Shown: positions 47,257-56,857, counted from the stretch's first letter. The stretch: 64,000 nt of DNA from an uncultured Thermotogae bacterium (GCA_964620325.1 CAZUIM010000003.1:43319-107318); one strand, 5' to 3'. Notes: generated by a model not told the origin, from the sequence alone. Translations and numbers: made by a program.

Positions 47257-48042
47257 ATGCCGGAGCTTCCCGATGTCGAGATTGAGCGCCGCTACTTGGA
47301 GGCGACGTCGCTGCATCGTCCGATTGCGCGAGTACGCGTGTTCGACGATCAGGTGCTCGACAGTGACACGCCGGCGATGCTCGGGCGCCGGCTCCATGCG
47401 CGTCGATTCGAATCGGCCGATCGGCACGGCAAGTGGCTGGTGGCAGCGCTCGACGAAGGAGGAGCGGTGGTATTCCACTTCGGGATGACCGGGCGACTGA
47501 AGGGCCATCGAGCGCCGTCGGCTCCGCCCGAGCACGCGCAGGTACGGTTCCGATTCCGCGACGGAGGAGCGCTCGACTACATTGCACCACGGAAGCTGGG
47601 CATCGTGAGAACAGCCGACTCGCTCGGCGAGGTCATCACTCAGGAATCGCTCGGGCCGGACGCGCGCGGAGTCTCGTTCGAGGAGTTCCGGGAGCGGATG
47701 GGCTCGAAGAGGGGCACGATCAAAGGTGCGTTGACTGACCAGACGGCGATTGCCGGACTGGGCAACGTCTATGCCGACGAGATCCTGTTCCAATCGAGAA
47801 TCCATCCGCGAACCTCCGCGTCACGTCTGTCGAGCGAGCAATTGCGGAGACTGTTCGGCGCGTTGCACGAGGTCCTCGACACTGCGATCGGCGTCCGTGC
47901 CAATCCCGACGCGATGCCGGACGCCTACTTGCTCCCACGGCGCGCTCCGGGTGAGGCGTGCCCGCGCTGCGCGGGCGCAGTCGTGCCGTTCAAGCTCGGG
48001 GGACGAAGAGGCTATTACTGTCCGCGATGCCAGCGGCGATGA
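47257..48042 (+). CDS. mutM: formamidopyrimidine-DNA glycosylase / Nei-family DNA glycosylase
   Basis: MPELPDVE, HFGMTGRL, the H2TH motif GLGNVYADEILFQSRIHP, and the zinc finger CPRCAG...YYCPRCQ. Confidence 0.9.
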   Translation: MPELPDVEIERRYLEATSLHRPIARVRVFDDQVLDSDTPAMLGRRLHARRFESADRHGKWLVAALDEGGAVVFHFGMTGRLKGHRAPSAPPEHAQVRFRFRDGGALDYIAPRKLGIVRTADSLGEVITQESLGPDARGVSFEEFRERMGSKRGTIKGALTDQTAIAGLGNVYADEILFQSRIHPRTSASRLSSEQLRRLFGALHEVLDTAIGVRANPDAMPDAYLLPRRAPGEACPRCAGAVVPFKLGGRRGYYCPRCQRR

Positions 48043-48075
48043 GCGCGCGCATCGAGGCAGCCAGGAAGGAGACAC

Positions 48076-48261
48076 ATGCGCATTCAAGACGAGAAGCGGA
48101 TCGGGCCGGGCGACGATCTCGGTCTGGTCGTTCGCTGGAAGGTCGAGGAGGAATCGGTCGATCTGCTCACAAGTCAAGATCTCACCGTCACACTGGAGCC
48201 GGACGATCTCGCCGCCGTGCGTGCGGCCCTGGGCGAGATGGATCGACGCGGGGAGCCATGA
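48076..48261 (+). CDS. small acidic hypothetical protein (61 aa)
   Basis: AAGGAG lies 6 nt before the ATG, immediately downstream of mutM. No recognisable family. Confidence 0.3.
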   Translation: MRIQDEKRIGPGDDLGLVVRWKVEEESVDLLTSQDLTVTLEPDDLAAVRAALGEMDRRGEP

Positions 48262-48372
48262 GCCGTGGAATGAGCCGCCCGTCATGGCTGGTCGGTCGTC
48301 GAAGAAGAGGCGATGTCTCCGGACGGTTCGCGGGGCATGGACCCACATCGTACGAACCTCAGGGGAGAGCGA

Positions 48373-48685
48373 ATGGACACGGAAGTGAACGTACGAGTCA
48401 ATGGATTCGGACGGATCGGTCGACTCGTCTTTCGAATGGCCATGGAGTCGCCGGACATTCGCGTCGTCAGAATTCGTGACGACGATCCACGCCTCCACCA
48501 GCCCCCAAGCGTTGGTCGACGGGCCGAGCAAGGAATGGCATCGAGGACCTGCCGCGGCGCTGATCGATGCACCGTCGACGAGGGTCCTCGGCCCACGCGC
48601 CGCGAAGGCTCTGACTTGGGACGACAATGAATGGGCGTATGCGCGTCGGGTCGTCGCATTGGCGGCGCGAATCGGAGCCGAGTGG
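48373..48685 (+). pseudogene. glyceraldehyde-3-phosphate dehydrogenase relic
   Basis: VRVNGFGRIGRLVFRMAMESPDIRVV (the GAPDH N-terminus) is followed in a shifted frame by TTIHASTSPQALVDGPSKEWHRGPAAAL..APST..AAKAL, then directly by TWDDNEWAYARRVVAL. The catalytic Cys region and most of both domains are absent. Confidence 0.6.
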
Positions 48686-48800
48686 ACCGCGACGAAGCGG
48701 GAGATCGATCGTCATCGGCTCCGAACGGACCGCATGTCCGGACAGGTTCTGAGCCTCTTCTGGAGCGGTTGCAGCGTGATACCCGAGCGGCCGCTCTCCG

Positions 48801-49952
48801 GTGCACGATGCGTTGCCGCGGAGGGGGGGGAGCGGTAGACTCGGATCGGTCGATTCGGCTCTCTGTGCGAGCAGGGAGAGGAAGGGCGGTGGGTTGCCGA
48901 TCCGAAGCGTTGTTGTCGCGGGTGAATTGGGAACGTTCCTGGAGGCGGCCGAACGGATGGGGGAGCGGCTCCCCCGATTCATGTCCGCCTATCAGCAGTT
49001 TGTCCGTCGGTACATTCACAGTCGCCCGCTCTTCTCCAAGTTCCTCGGCGACCAGTTCCTTTTCGTCTACGAATCTGCCTCTCCGTCTTTCTCCCGCAAC
49101 GTCCTTCATTCCGCCATGGTGCTCGAAGGGGCGTTCCGAGAGGCGGTGAATCGACCGGTCTCGGGATTCGAGTCGCTCAGTGAGGCGGGGGCGACCGTAG
49201 AGACGCTCAACATCGGCCTGTCGGGCGGCCCCCTGTTCACGGTCGACGGCGGGCGGAGCCGACGGGACGACGTCATCGGAATTCCGCTTCTTGTAGCACG
49301 ATCGTTGGCCGAGCACGCGGACGAAATCCGAAGCCACATTCTCGTCGATTCGGACCTCGAGCTCGATCGCGTTTGCCGAAGATGGTTCCGGAAAGATGAC
49401 CAATCCGTCGGGGAGACAGCCGCCCTCAGCGATCACGACACGGTGAAGGCGCACATCGTCACGCCGGACTCGGTGCTTCGTGAGTATCGGAGCGAGCGCG
49501 ACCGCTACCATGTGGTGAACGCGGTCGAAGCTCTCAAACACGAGATCGATGAGATCGCGCAGAGCGATGTCTTCAGCTTCCGATTGAACTGCGGGACTCG
49601 ACCTCACATCGAACTCGTGTTCAATCCGCTCAACTATCGCGGATGGCTGGATCGTGCAGTCGCGTCCAGCATTCTCCTCGTCCATGTGACACCGACAATG
49701 ATGCGTCTGTATCCGGAGATCCTGATCCCGACCGACCAGGTCTACACAATGCAGGTTCCGATTCCCTCGGCCGACGACTATCAGGTCGCCATCGGCTTGG
49801 TCATTCAGGCACCGGAGACCGATCTGATCGGGGAGGAGCTGGAGAGGGTCGACGACCCCGAGGAGATCGCGGAGCGACTCGACGCGCTCCGTCGGATCTT
49901 CACCCGCGCACGAGCCTCCAATCGGCTTTCTCTCGCCTACTACCGGTTCTAG
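48801..49952 (+). CDS. hypothetical protein with N-terminal degenerate class III nucleotidyl-cyclase-like domain
   Basis: By eye, VVVAGELGTF, KFLGDQFLFVY, LNIGLSGGPLFTV and DVIGIPLLVARSLAEHA..ILVDSD parallel VLFADIVGFT, KFIGDAVMAVF, VRIGIHTGPVV and GDTVNLASRME..ILVS. The C-terminal ~190 aa are unrecognised. The start may be the TTG at 48892. Confidence 0.5.
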   Translation: MHDALPRRGGSGRLGSVDSALCASRERKGGGLPIRSVVVAGELGTFLEAAERMGERLPRFMSAYQQFVRRYIHSRPLFSKFLGDQFLFVYESASPSFSRNVLHSAMVLEGAFREAVNRPVSGFESLSEAGATVETLNIGLSGGPLFTVDGGRSRRDDVIGIPLLVARSLAEHADEIRSHILVDSDLELDRVCRRWFRKDDQSVGETAALSDHDTVKAHIVTPDSVLREYRSERDRYHVVNAVEALKHEIDEIAQSDVFSFRLNCGTRPHIELVFNPLNYRGWLDRAVASSILLVHVTPTMMRLYPEILIPTDQVYTMQVPIPSADDYQVAIGLVIQAPETDLIGEELERVDDPEEIAERLDALRRIFTRARASNRLSLAYYRF

Positions 49953-50016
49953 GAACGCAAATCGCCGCCGTTGCAGCCCCCGGCGCGATCGCCAATGTCA
50001 ACAGAGCGTTCGGGCA

Positions 50017-51405
50017 TCACGTGTCCACCCAGGAGCGGAACAGGTCGGTCAGTTCCCCGGCATGCGGCGGATGGGTGGGAGTGAGATCTCGGAGGGCGGT
50101 GTACGGAAGGTCCGCCAAGATGGCTGCCCGGAGGATCGACATCGCCTCGGCCCCGTCCGGGCTGAGAATCGCCGCGCCGAGGATCCGACCCGAATACGGA
50201 TCGACCAGGGCCTTGAGCATTCGGGGAGGACGCTGCGCCCCCAACGACCCTGTGACTGAGGTCTTCGCCAGGCGATAGCGGATCCCGCGGTCGTCCGCCT
50301 CGCGTTGCGACAGGCCGATCCGTCTGAGTTGCGGGTTGGTGTGCACGACGTAGGTGACGACGCGTCCGTCCGTGGTGGCATCGCCCCCTTCGAGGAGCGT
50401 GTTGCGGAGAATCTCTGAGTCGTCGTACGAGGTGTCGCCGAACGGCTTGACTCCGTTGACATCACCGATCGCGTAGATCCCGGGAACCGACGTTTCCAGA
50501 CGACTGTCGACACTGATGTACCCGCGATCGCTCGTCTCGATCCCCGCCGCTTCCAGATTGAGCGACCTCGTGTTCGGAGCGCGGCCGCCGGCGATCAGGA
50601 CATCCGTGCAGAGGACGACCAGGCCGCGAACTCCCTCGGCGCCGAGGATCCGAATCCGATCGTCCACTTGCTCGAGGAAGGTTGCCCTGAACCCGGTACG
50701 CATCGTGACTCCATCGTCGGCAAGAATCCGCTCGAGGACACCGGAGATGTCAGGATCCTCGTATGGGAGGACGTGTTTCGATTTCGCGATCACGCTGACC
50801 GTGCCACCGGAGCGCCGGAACATCTGGGCAAGCTCGACTCCGACGTGGCCCCCTCCGATGACGGCGAGATGTCCTGGGACCTTGGTGAGTTCGGTGATCG
50901 ACGTCGAGTCGAGCGTCGGAACCTGGTCGATCCCACGGATCGAAGGAATCGACGGACTCGATCCAGTGTCGATGACGATGGTCTCCGCGTGGAGTTCTCG
51001 GGTGTATCCTTCGGTGAGGTGCACGGCGACGGCCTTCTTGTTCACGAAGGACGCTTCGCCGTCGACCAGATCGAGACCGTCAATCGACGCCGCGCGCTTC
51101 CTAGAGTCCGATCGAGACGCCCCGGAGATCCTCGGCTCCCTGTCGCGGATCGTCGCTACCTCGAACCTCGGCCGGGCCGTCTCTGCGTCTCGGTCGCTCG
51201 CACGGCAGACCCCACAGGCCTCTTCGGGTCTACTGGTCGACGTATGTGACGGTGTGCGTCTATGGTTCGGGGAGGCCTCGCCGTTCGGTTCGCGCTCGAT
51301 CAATGCCGTCCGGCTTCCGGCATCGGCGAACGCCTCGGCGAGGGTGGCCCCGCCGCGACCGGCGCCGATGACAATTGCGTCGTATCTGGTTGGCCGTCGA
51401 TCCAA
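50017..51405 (-). CDS. class I pyridine nucleotide-disulfide oxidoreductase family protein (active-site segment degenerate)
   Basis: YDAIVIGAGRGG (FAD), LAVIGGGHVGVELAQ (NAD), IYAIGDVNG, and the dimerisation end THPPHAGEL. The probable TTG start at 51405 follows GGAGGTG. No GGTCxNxGCxPxK motif is present. Confidence 0.72.
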   Translation of the reverse strand: MDRRPTRYDAIVIGAGRGGATLAEAFADAGSRTALIEREPNGEASPNHRRTPSHTSTSRPEEACGVCRASDRDAETARPRFEVATIRDREPRISGASRSDSRKRAASIDGLDLVDGEASFVNKKAVAVHLTEGYTRELHAETIVIDTGSSPSIPSIRGIDQVPTLDSTSITELTKVPGHLAVIGGGHVGVELAQMFRRSGGTVSVIAKSKHVLPYEDPDISGVLERILADDGVTMRTGFRATFLEQVDDRIRILGAEGVRGLVVLCTDVLIAGGRAPNTRSLNLEAAGIETSDRGYISVDSRLETSVPGIYAIGDVNGVKPFGDTSYDDSEILRNTLLEGGDATTDGRVVTYVVHTNPQLRRIGLSQREADDRGIRYRLAKTSVTGSLGAQRPPRMLKALVDPYSGRILGAAILSPDGAEAMSILRAAILADLPYTALRDLTPTHPPHAGELTDLFRSWVDT

Positions 51406-51651
51406 GTGCTCACCTCCGGAGAGTTGGTGGCTGAATGGGAGGTTGGGAAGCTCGTCATCACGGTGCTGCGTTCGACCCTTCGAGTTCGCGACGCGCTGTG
51501 CCCGACAGCCGGGAAGCAGAAGACGATTCTCCGACGAGTTGAGAACGAACACCCCATCAAACCGAATCTCGCGGTGGAAGTCAAGCCGGCGGCTGGCGGC
51601 CCCCTCATCGGTGGCCTCCAGGGGCGGCTTCGCGCTGAGGAGTTCAGAGTG

Positions 51652-51822
51652 AACGATGACAGCGAGCAACTCCGGGCGATGGCGAGCTTCCTCGCGAACG
51701 AGCTCGGGGTCGTGACGCCGTGGCACGTCGGCCGATTCTTCCCGGCGTACCGGATGACCGACATCGATCTGCCGACGATGGAAGCGATCCGCGAGACGGT
51801 CGAGATCGGAAAGGAGGGAGGC
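51652..51822 (+). pseudogene. C-terminal relic of an AmmeMemoRadiSam-type radical SAM enzyme
   Basis: NDDSEQLRAMASFLANELGVVTPWHVGRFFPAYRMTDIDLPTMEAIRETVEIGKEGG matches the conserved tail (..ND..eEl..ia.fi...lg.d.PWH.s.F.P.Y.m...pT). No radical-SAM core lies upstream. Confidence 0.4.
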
Positions 51823-52259
51823 GCGATGCGTGTACTCGGGGAGCGTCGAGGAATCCGCCCTCACGGTCTGTCCAAGCGGCGGCGAGCCGTCGATTCATCG
51901 GTTGATTCCAGGCCGCGTCCTCGGCCGTGTGATGGCCGCGTCGACCAGGCCCGCCTGTGGACGACCGATTGCCGGTGCGGGCCTCCATCCCGCCGGCGAG
52001 GAAGGATAGGAGACGTCATCCGAGGTTGCTGAACGCGAGGCCTCCACCTGCCTCCCTCCAAGGGATGCGGCGCCGATCTTGGTGTCGTGTCGACGGACGA
52101 CCTAGCAGGGCTCGGCCGACGACGGCCTGTCTCCCGCCGGTTGACGATCCTCGGCGACAAGCGATATGGTTGAAGCGTTCTCGATTCGGTTGCACACGAT
52201 CCGCGGTGCCGGGCTTCTCATCTGCTTGCTCTCGTCTTGTCGTACGGCGGAGGTATCTG

Positions 52260-53288
52260 ATGACCGAAAATGACTGGTTCGACCTGCTGACCGAGAGTCA
52301 GCGGGCGAACCTCCCGAAGCGAGCGATGCCGGGTTGGGTCCAGCCGATGCTAGCGACCCTCGCCGATGCGGCGTTCGATGACCCGCAGTGGATCTACGAG
52401 CGGAAGTTCGACGGGGAGCGTGTTCTCGCCCACAAGCGGGGCGGAAGCGTCCGCCTGCTGTCCCGCAATCGCAAGCGGCTCAACGACACCTACCCTGAAC
52501 TGGTCGACGCAGTCGGTGAGCAGCCGGCCGGTTGCGTGATCTTCGATGGTGAGGTGGTCGCATTCTCCGGGCGGGCCACCAGCTTCGAGCGTCTGCAAGA
52601 ACGGATGCAATTGAAGAATCGCGATGAAGCGCGGGCAAGCGGCGTCGCCGTCTACTACTATGTCTTCGACGTATTGTATCTGGAAGGTCGAGACATCACC
52701 GGGCTGCCGTTGGCCGATCGGAAGCGGCTGCTACGCGCTGCGGGAGACTGGGAAGACCCGGTGCGCTATACGGCGCATCGGCGAGAGCACGGGACGGCGT
52801 TCTATCGCGAGGCCTGCCGCAAGGGGTGGGAGGGCGTCATCGCCAAGGACGGATCGGCCGAGTACGTACCGTCCCGCTCGACAAAGTGGCTGAAGTTCAA
52901 GTGTGTCAACCGACAGGAGTTCGTCGTCGGGGGGTTCACCGACCCGGACGGAGATCGAATCGGGTTCGGGTCACTTCTCATCGGCGTCTATGATGGCAAG
53001 GCCCTCCGCTACGCCGGGCGGGTCGGGACGGGGTTCGGCGATGACACGCTGAGGCGGCTTCGGAAGCGGTTCGACAGGATGGAGATCGACGACTGCCCGT
53101 TCGTCGAGGAGGACGCCGCCGCCGGTCGCGGAGTGCATTGGCTGGAGCCGAGGCTCGTCGCTGAGGTTGGATTCACCGAGTGGACAACGGATGAGCTGTT
53201 GCGTCATCCGCGGTTTCTCGGGATGCGTGACGACAGAGAGCCGCGAGAGGTGCGCCGCGAGCGCCCGTCCGGAGGGAGAACCGGATGA
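52260..53288 (+). CDS. ATP-dependent DNA ligase (LigD ligase domain, stand-alone)
   Basis: PMLATL, YERKFDGERVL (the KxDG adenylation Lys), FDGEVVAF, EGVIAKD and WLKFK, plus an OB domain. Confidence 0.88.
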   Translation: MTENDWFDLLTESQRANLPKRAMPGWVQPMLATLADAAFDDPQWIYERKFDGERVLAHKRGGSVRLLSRNRKRLNDTYPELVDAVGEQPAGCVIFDGEVVAFSGRATSFERLQERMQLKNRDEARASGVAVYYYVFDVLYLEGRDITGLPLADRKRLLRAAGDWEDPVRYTAHRREHGTAFYREACRKGWEGVIAKDGSAEYVPSRSTKWLKFKCVNRQEFVVGGFTDPDGDRIGFGSLLIGVYDGKALRYAGRVGTGFGDDTLRRLRKRFDRMEIDDCPFVEEDAAAGRGVHWLEPRLVAEVGFTEWTTDELLRHPRFLGMRDDREPREVRRERPSGGRTG

Positions 53289-54193
53289 GCGAAACCGTCA
53301 ATGGTCGGGCGATCGGCATCTCCAATCGGGACAAGCTCTTCTACCCGGACGCGGGGATCACGAAGGGCGACGTCATCGACTACTACGGCAGGATTTATCC
53401 GTACATGGCGCCGCATCTGCACCGACGGCCGGTGTCGTTCGAGCGGTACCCCGACGGGATCCGTGGAGACCACTTCTTCCAGAAGAACGCGTCCGACTAC
53501 TTCCCGGAGTGGATCCACACCACCGAGCTGGAGAAGCAGGGAGGGACGGTCGACTACGTCGTGATCGAAGAACGTGCGACCCTGGTCTTCCTGGCGGACC
53601 AAGCGGCGCTGCCGATCCACATCTTCCTGAGCACAGCAGACTGTCCCGGTTGCCCCGATCGGTTCGTTTTCGATCTCGATCCGCCGGACGGTGACTTTGC
53701 ACCGGTTCGCGAAGCAGCTGGGAGGCTGCGAGACGTCCTCGAAGGAGTCGGGCTTCATCCGTTCGTGATGACGACCGGTTCCAAGGGTGTCCACGTGACA
53801 ACGCCGATCGTTCCGGAGCAGGCGTACGACAACGTCCGGGCGTTCGCTCGGCGAGTCGCCGAGCGCGCCGTGGAGCGGCACCCGAACCGGCTGACCCTGG
53901 AGCAACGCATCGACAAGCGAGACGGTCGCGTGTATCTCGATGTCCTGCGAAACGCATACGGTCAGACCGGTGTTTGCCCATACTCGCTGCGCGCTCGGCC
54001 GGGAGCGCCGGTGGCGACACCGATCGACTGGGCTGAGCTTCGGCGCGCCACGCTGTGCCCGGGCGGGACGACGTTGCGCAACGTCTTCCGCCGACTCGGG
54101 CAGAAGGACGATCCGTGGTCTGGATTCGCTGGCGCCTCAGAGTCGCTTGCCGAGGCGAACGAGCGCCTGAGAAGAGAAGATCGAAGATCGTGA
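53285..54193 (+). CDS. LigD polymerase/primase (LigD-Pol) domain protein
   Basis: ISNRDKLFYPDAGITKGDVIDYY, FFQKN, RFVFDLDP, MTTGSKGVHV and YLDVLRNAYGQT. ATGA overlap with the ligase stop. Confidence 0.88.
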   Translation: MSETVNGRAIGISNRDKLFYPDAGITKGDVIDYYGRIYPYMAPHLHRRPVSFERYPDGIRGDHFFQKNASDYFPEWIHTTELEKQGGTVDYVVIEERATLVFLADQAALPIHIFLSTADCPGCPDRFVFDLDPPDGDFAPVREAAGRLRDVLEGVGLHPFVMTTGSKGVHVTTPIVPEQAYDNVRAFARRVAERAVERHPNRLTLEQRIDKRDGRVYLDVLRNAYGQTGVCPYSLRARPGAPVATPIDWAELRRATLCPGGTTLRNVFRRLGQKDDPWSGFAGASESLAEANERLRREDRRS

Positions 54194-54306
54194 GCACCGT
54201 GCTCGGCGAGACGCAGGTCGCAAGAGGTAGAGTATGAGGACAGAGGTGCCGCCGGGCAGACACCGCGCGGGCGTCAAAGCGGGCGAGACGGGAAAGGAGG
54301 ACTCGA

Positions 54307-54540
54307 ATGATCGCCGTCGTCGGGATCGTCGCGTTCCTTTCGGCCCTGATGATCCTGCTGGTCATCGCACGAGTCGCTGCGATGGGCCTGACGATGACCG
54401 GCCTGTCGAAGGACGTTGCTCGGTTCCAGTCGCGGTCGGCACTGACCGGAGGCGGCTTCACGACCCAGGAGAGCGAATCGGTGCTGGATCATCCGGTTCG
54501 CCGTCTCATGAAGAAGGCTGATTCTGGGGACGCGGGATGA
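54307..54540 (+). CDS. 77-aa membrane ORF, possibly the N-terminal remnant of a TrkA_C-type membrane protein
   Basis: One TM segment, then TGLSKDVARFQSRSALTGGGFTTQESESVLDHPVRR. I recall this motif from longer TrkA-C-domain membrane proteins. Here the frame stops after 77 codons. Confidence 0.3.
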   Translation: MIAVVGIVAFLSALMILLVIARVAAMGLTMTGLSKDVARFQSRSALTGGGFTTQESESVLDHPVRRLMKKADSGDAG

Positions 54541-54663
54541 TCCCTGTCGGATTCATCCGATCGATGCGGCTCCGGAGAAGGAACCGGACCACGACTCGAG
54601 CGGACTGACGTGCGCGCGAGCCCAATCCGCTAACTCGTAGGATGCGGGGGGCAGGAACGGTCC

Positions 54664-56449
54664 ATGAACGACCCGGAAGCGAAGATCGAGCGTTTGCGTG
54701 AGGCGTTCGCCGCAGACGGGTTCGCCGTCCCGGCGGAGAGCGTCATCGTCTATCGCGACCGTGTCGGCATCCGCGCTATCCACCGGACCGCGCGCGCCTA
54801 CGAGGGTGGCGTTCCGAAAACGGCGTACTACATCGAGGGAACACCGTTCGAGATGGGATTCCTGATGGGCAGGCTCGCGGAACCCGAGACTACGCGGATG
54901 ACCGAGATGTTCATCGACCGGGTCTTCCTGGCCATGTTTCGTGAAGCGGTGTCGGGAGAGCGGCTCGACTTCGTCGGGACGCGCGGTCCGAGGTTGGCGG
55001 CGGCGCATCGTCTGCTGATCGGTTTGATGCGAGACATGATCCGGGTCCGCCACGTGCGGGCCGACATCCCGGTTCGCTACCATCGGGAGATTCGGGGGAT
55101 CGTGGCTGGCTGTCGGGAGGCGGCGCGGCGCGAGGGGCGGTCGACCGCCGTCTCCGCCGAGGCGCTCTGGGTGCTGAACGCCGGGCTCGATTGTATTCTG
55201 TCACGGACTTACACTGGTATCTTGCTCCCGAAGCGGCTGCGGCCGAAGGATCTCTGGATGCCGATCGCCTGCAATGGATTCGCGATCCTCAACGACGCTG
55301 CATCGGGCGGGCCGTTGTTCGGACGGGATTTCATGTTCCCGACAGGTGGGATCTACCACGAGGTGGCCGCCCACGTCGTCTGCAACCCAGTCGCCGACCG
55401 CGAAGATGACGTTGTGCGTCCGTTCGTGTCGATGACGGCTCCGGGAATCATCGGCACGGTGGCCGGGATGAACTGCGACGGCGTGGCCGGAGGCGTCAAC
55501 ATGGCGGTCGGCGCGAACTGCGATCCGTCTCGACCGGGGTTCAACTCGCTCCTGTTGCTCCGCGATGCGATCGAGCGGGCGAGGAACATCAAAAGGGCGG
55601 TGGAACGGATCGTGGACGCGCGCCGCGGCGTGACGTGCGAGTACATCTTCGCTGGCGTCGGCGTGCACGGCGGAGCGGACCGCGCATGCGTGGTGGAGGC
55701 GGGTGCGTCGACTGACGACATGGCGTTTCTCGACTATCCGGGAGACCGGGTCAAACCGTTGCTCCCCGACGAGACGTTCCTTGAACGGCATCGATCGACC
55801 GATGTGCTCCGCGGTGCAATGGTCCGTTGGGACGATTACCAGGTCCCGCAGGAATACCTCGAGTTCAACGGCGATCTCTGCGAGCGATTCCGGCGTTCGG
55901 TTCCCGATACGGCGTTCGAGCCTATCGGTCGGATCAACCGGACACCGACCGATAGAATTGCCCCGGCGGGTACTACTTCGCTCCGGCCCGGGGCTGTCGG
56001 GCGAAGTGCTGCTGGCAACCAACCACTTCGTCATTCCAGAAATGCGTCTCTGCTCGATGCATCCGTGGGCTCAGCGGGTGTTCCGCGCTCGCCTCAACGA
56101 CAGTCAATGGCGCTACGACGAGTTGAATCATCGGATTCTGAGCCGACTGGATCGAGACGGCTCGATCGACTACGAGGCCGCAAAGCGCCTGCTGAGCTTC
56201 CTCGTTCCTGACGGAGAGTTTCCCGACTATTACCGATTCAACCCCACGAGCTCCGACGGACGGGAACGTGTGATCTTCGGAAGTCTGAGCTTGTTCGATC
56301 TGAAGGCGCGGACGGTCGAGTCACGATACGGTTTGTACACGGATCCCTGGATTCGTATACAGCTGGGCAACTACGTCGACGATGGGCGAGACACGGACGG
56401 CCGGACGAGCAGGTCGCGTTCGGAGGCCGACACGGATGGAGAGAAGTAG
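54664..56449 (+). pseudogene. peptidase C45 / acyl-CoA:6-APA acyltransferase-like Ntn hydrolase, frameshifted
   Basis: PIACNGFAIL..GPLFGRDFMFP (Ntn Cys context) and the N-terminal 430 codons are in one frame. The C-terminal part (EVLLATNHFVIPEM..WRYDELN..FGSLSLFDL) is in another. The switch lies around CCCGGGG at 55987-55993. Confidence 0.6.
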
Positions 56450-56499
56450 ACGGACGAGGCTGATGCTGCAAGAAGGAGACGTAAGGGAGGGAGCGAACG

Positions 56500-56781
56500 A
56501 TGCCAAGGCTGGCCGGAGAGGATCTGAATATCGAAGGATGCAATTACGAAGCGGAGGGCGTCACCGCGGCCGACGTGCTGCGGATGATGCTTGCACACCT
56601 GGAATCGGAACACGGAATCGAGCTGCCAGATCCTGACACGATTCTCACAGGGAACGTCGACGAAGAGCGCCTCGACCACGGAACGAAACTGGTCCTCGAG
56701 CGGATCCGCCAACGGCTGGATCTGACGGACAAGGGATCGTCCGAGCCGGGCGTGCAGCCGCGGACCCCGCCCGGTCGCTGA
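56500..56781 (+). CDS. DUF1059-like small protein
   Basis: GGGAGGGAG lies before the ATG. NIEGCNYEAEGVTAADVLRMMLAHLESEHGIELP resembles the DUF1059 pattern (C.f...g.t.eEv......H....HG). Confidence 0.48.
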   Translation: MPRLAGEDLNIEGCNYEAEGVTAADVLRMMLAHLESEHGIELPDPDTILTGNVDEERLDHGTKLVLERIRQRLDLTDKGSSEPGVQPRTPPGR

Positions 56782-56857
56782 GGCTCATCCCGGCGGGTCC
56801 GGGACGCCGGAGCCGATCGTCCGATGATTCCGGTCGACGATCTGGGACTGCGGCGTT

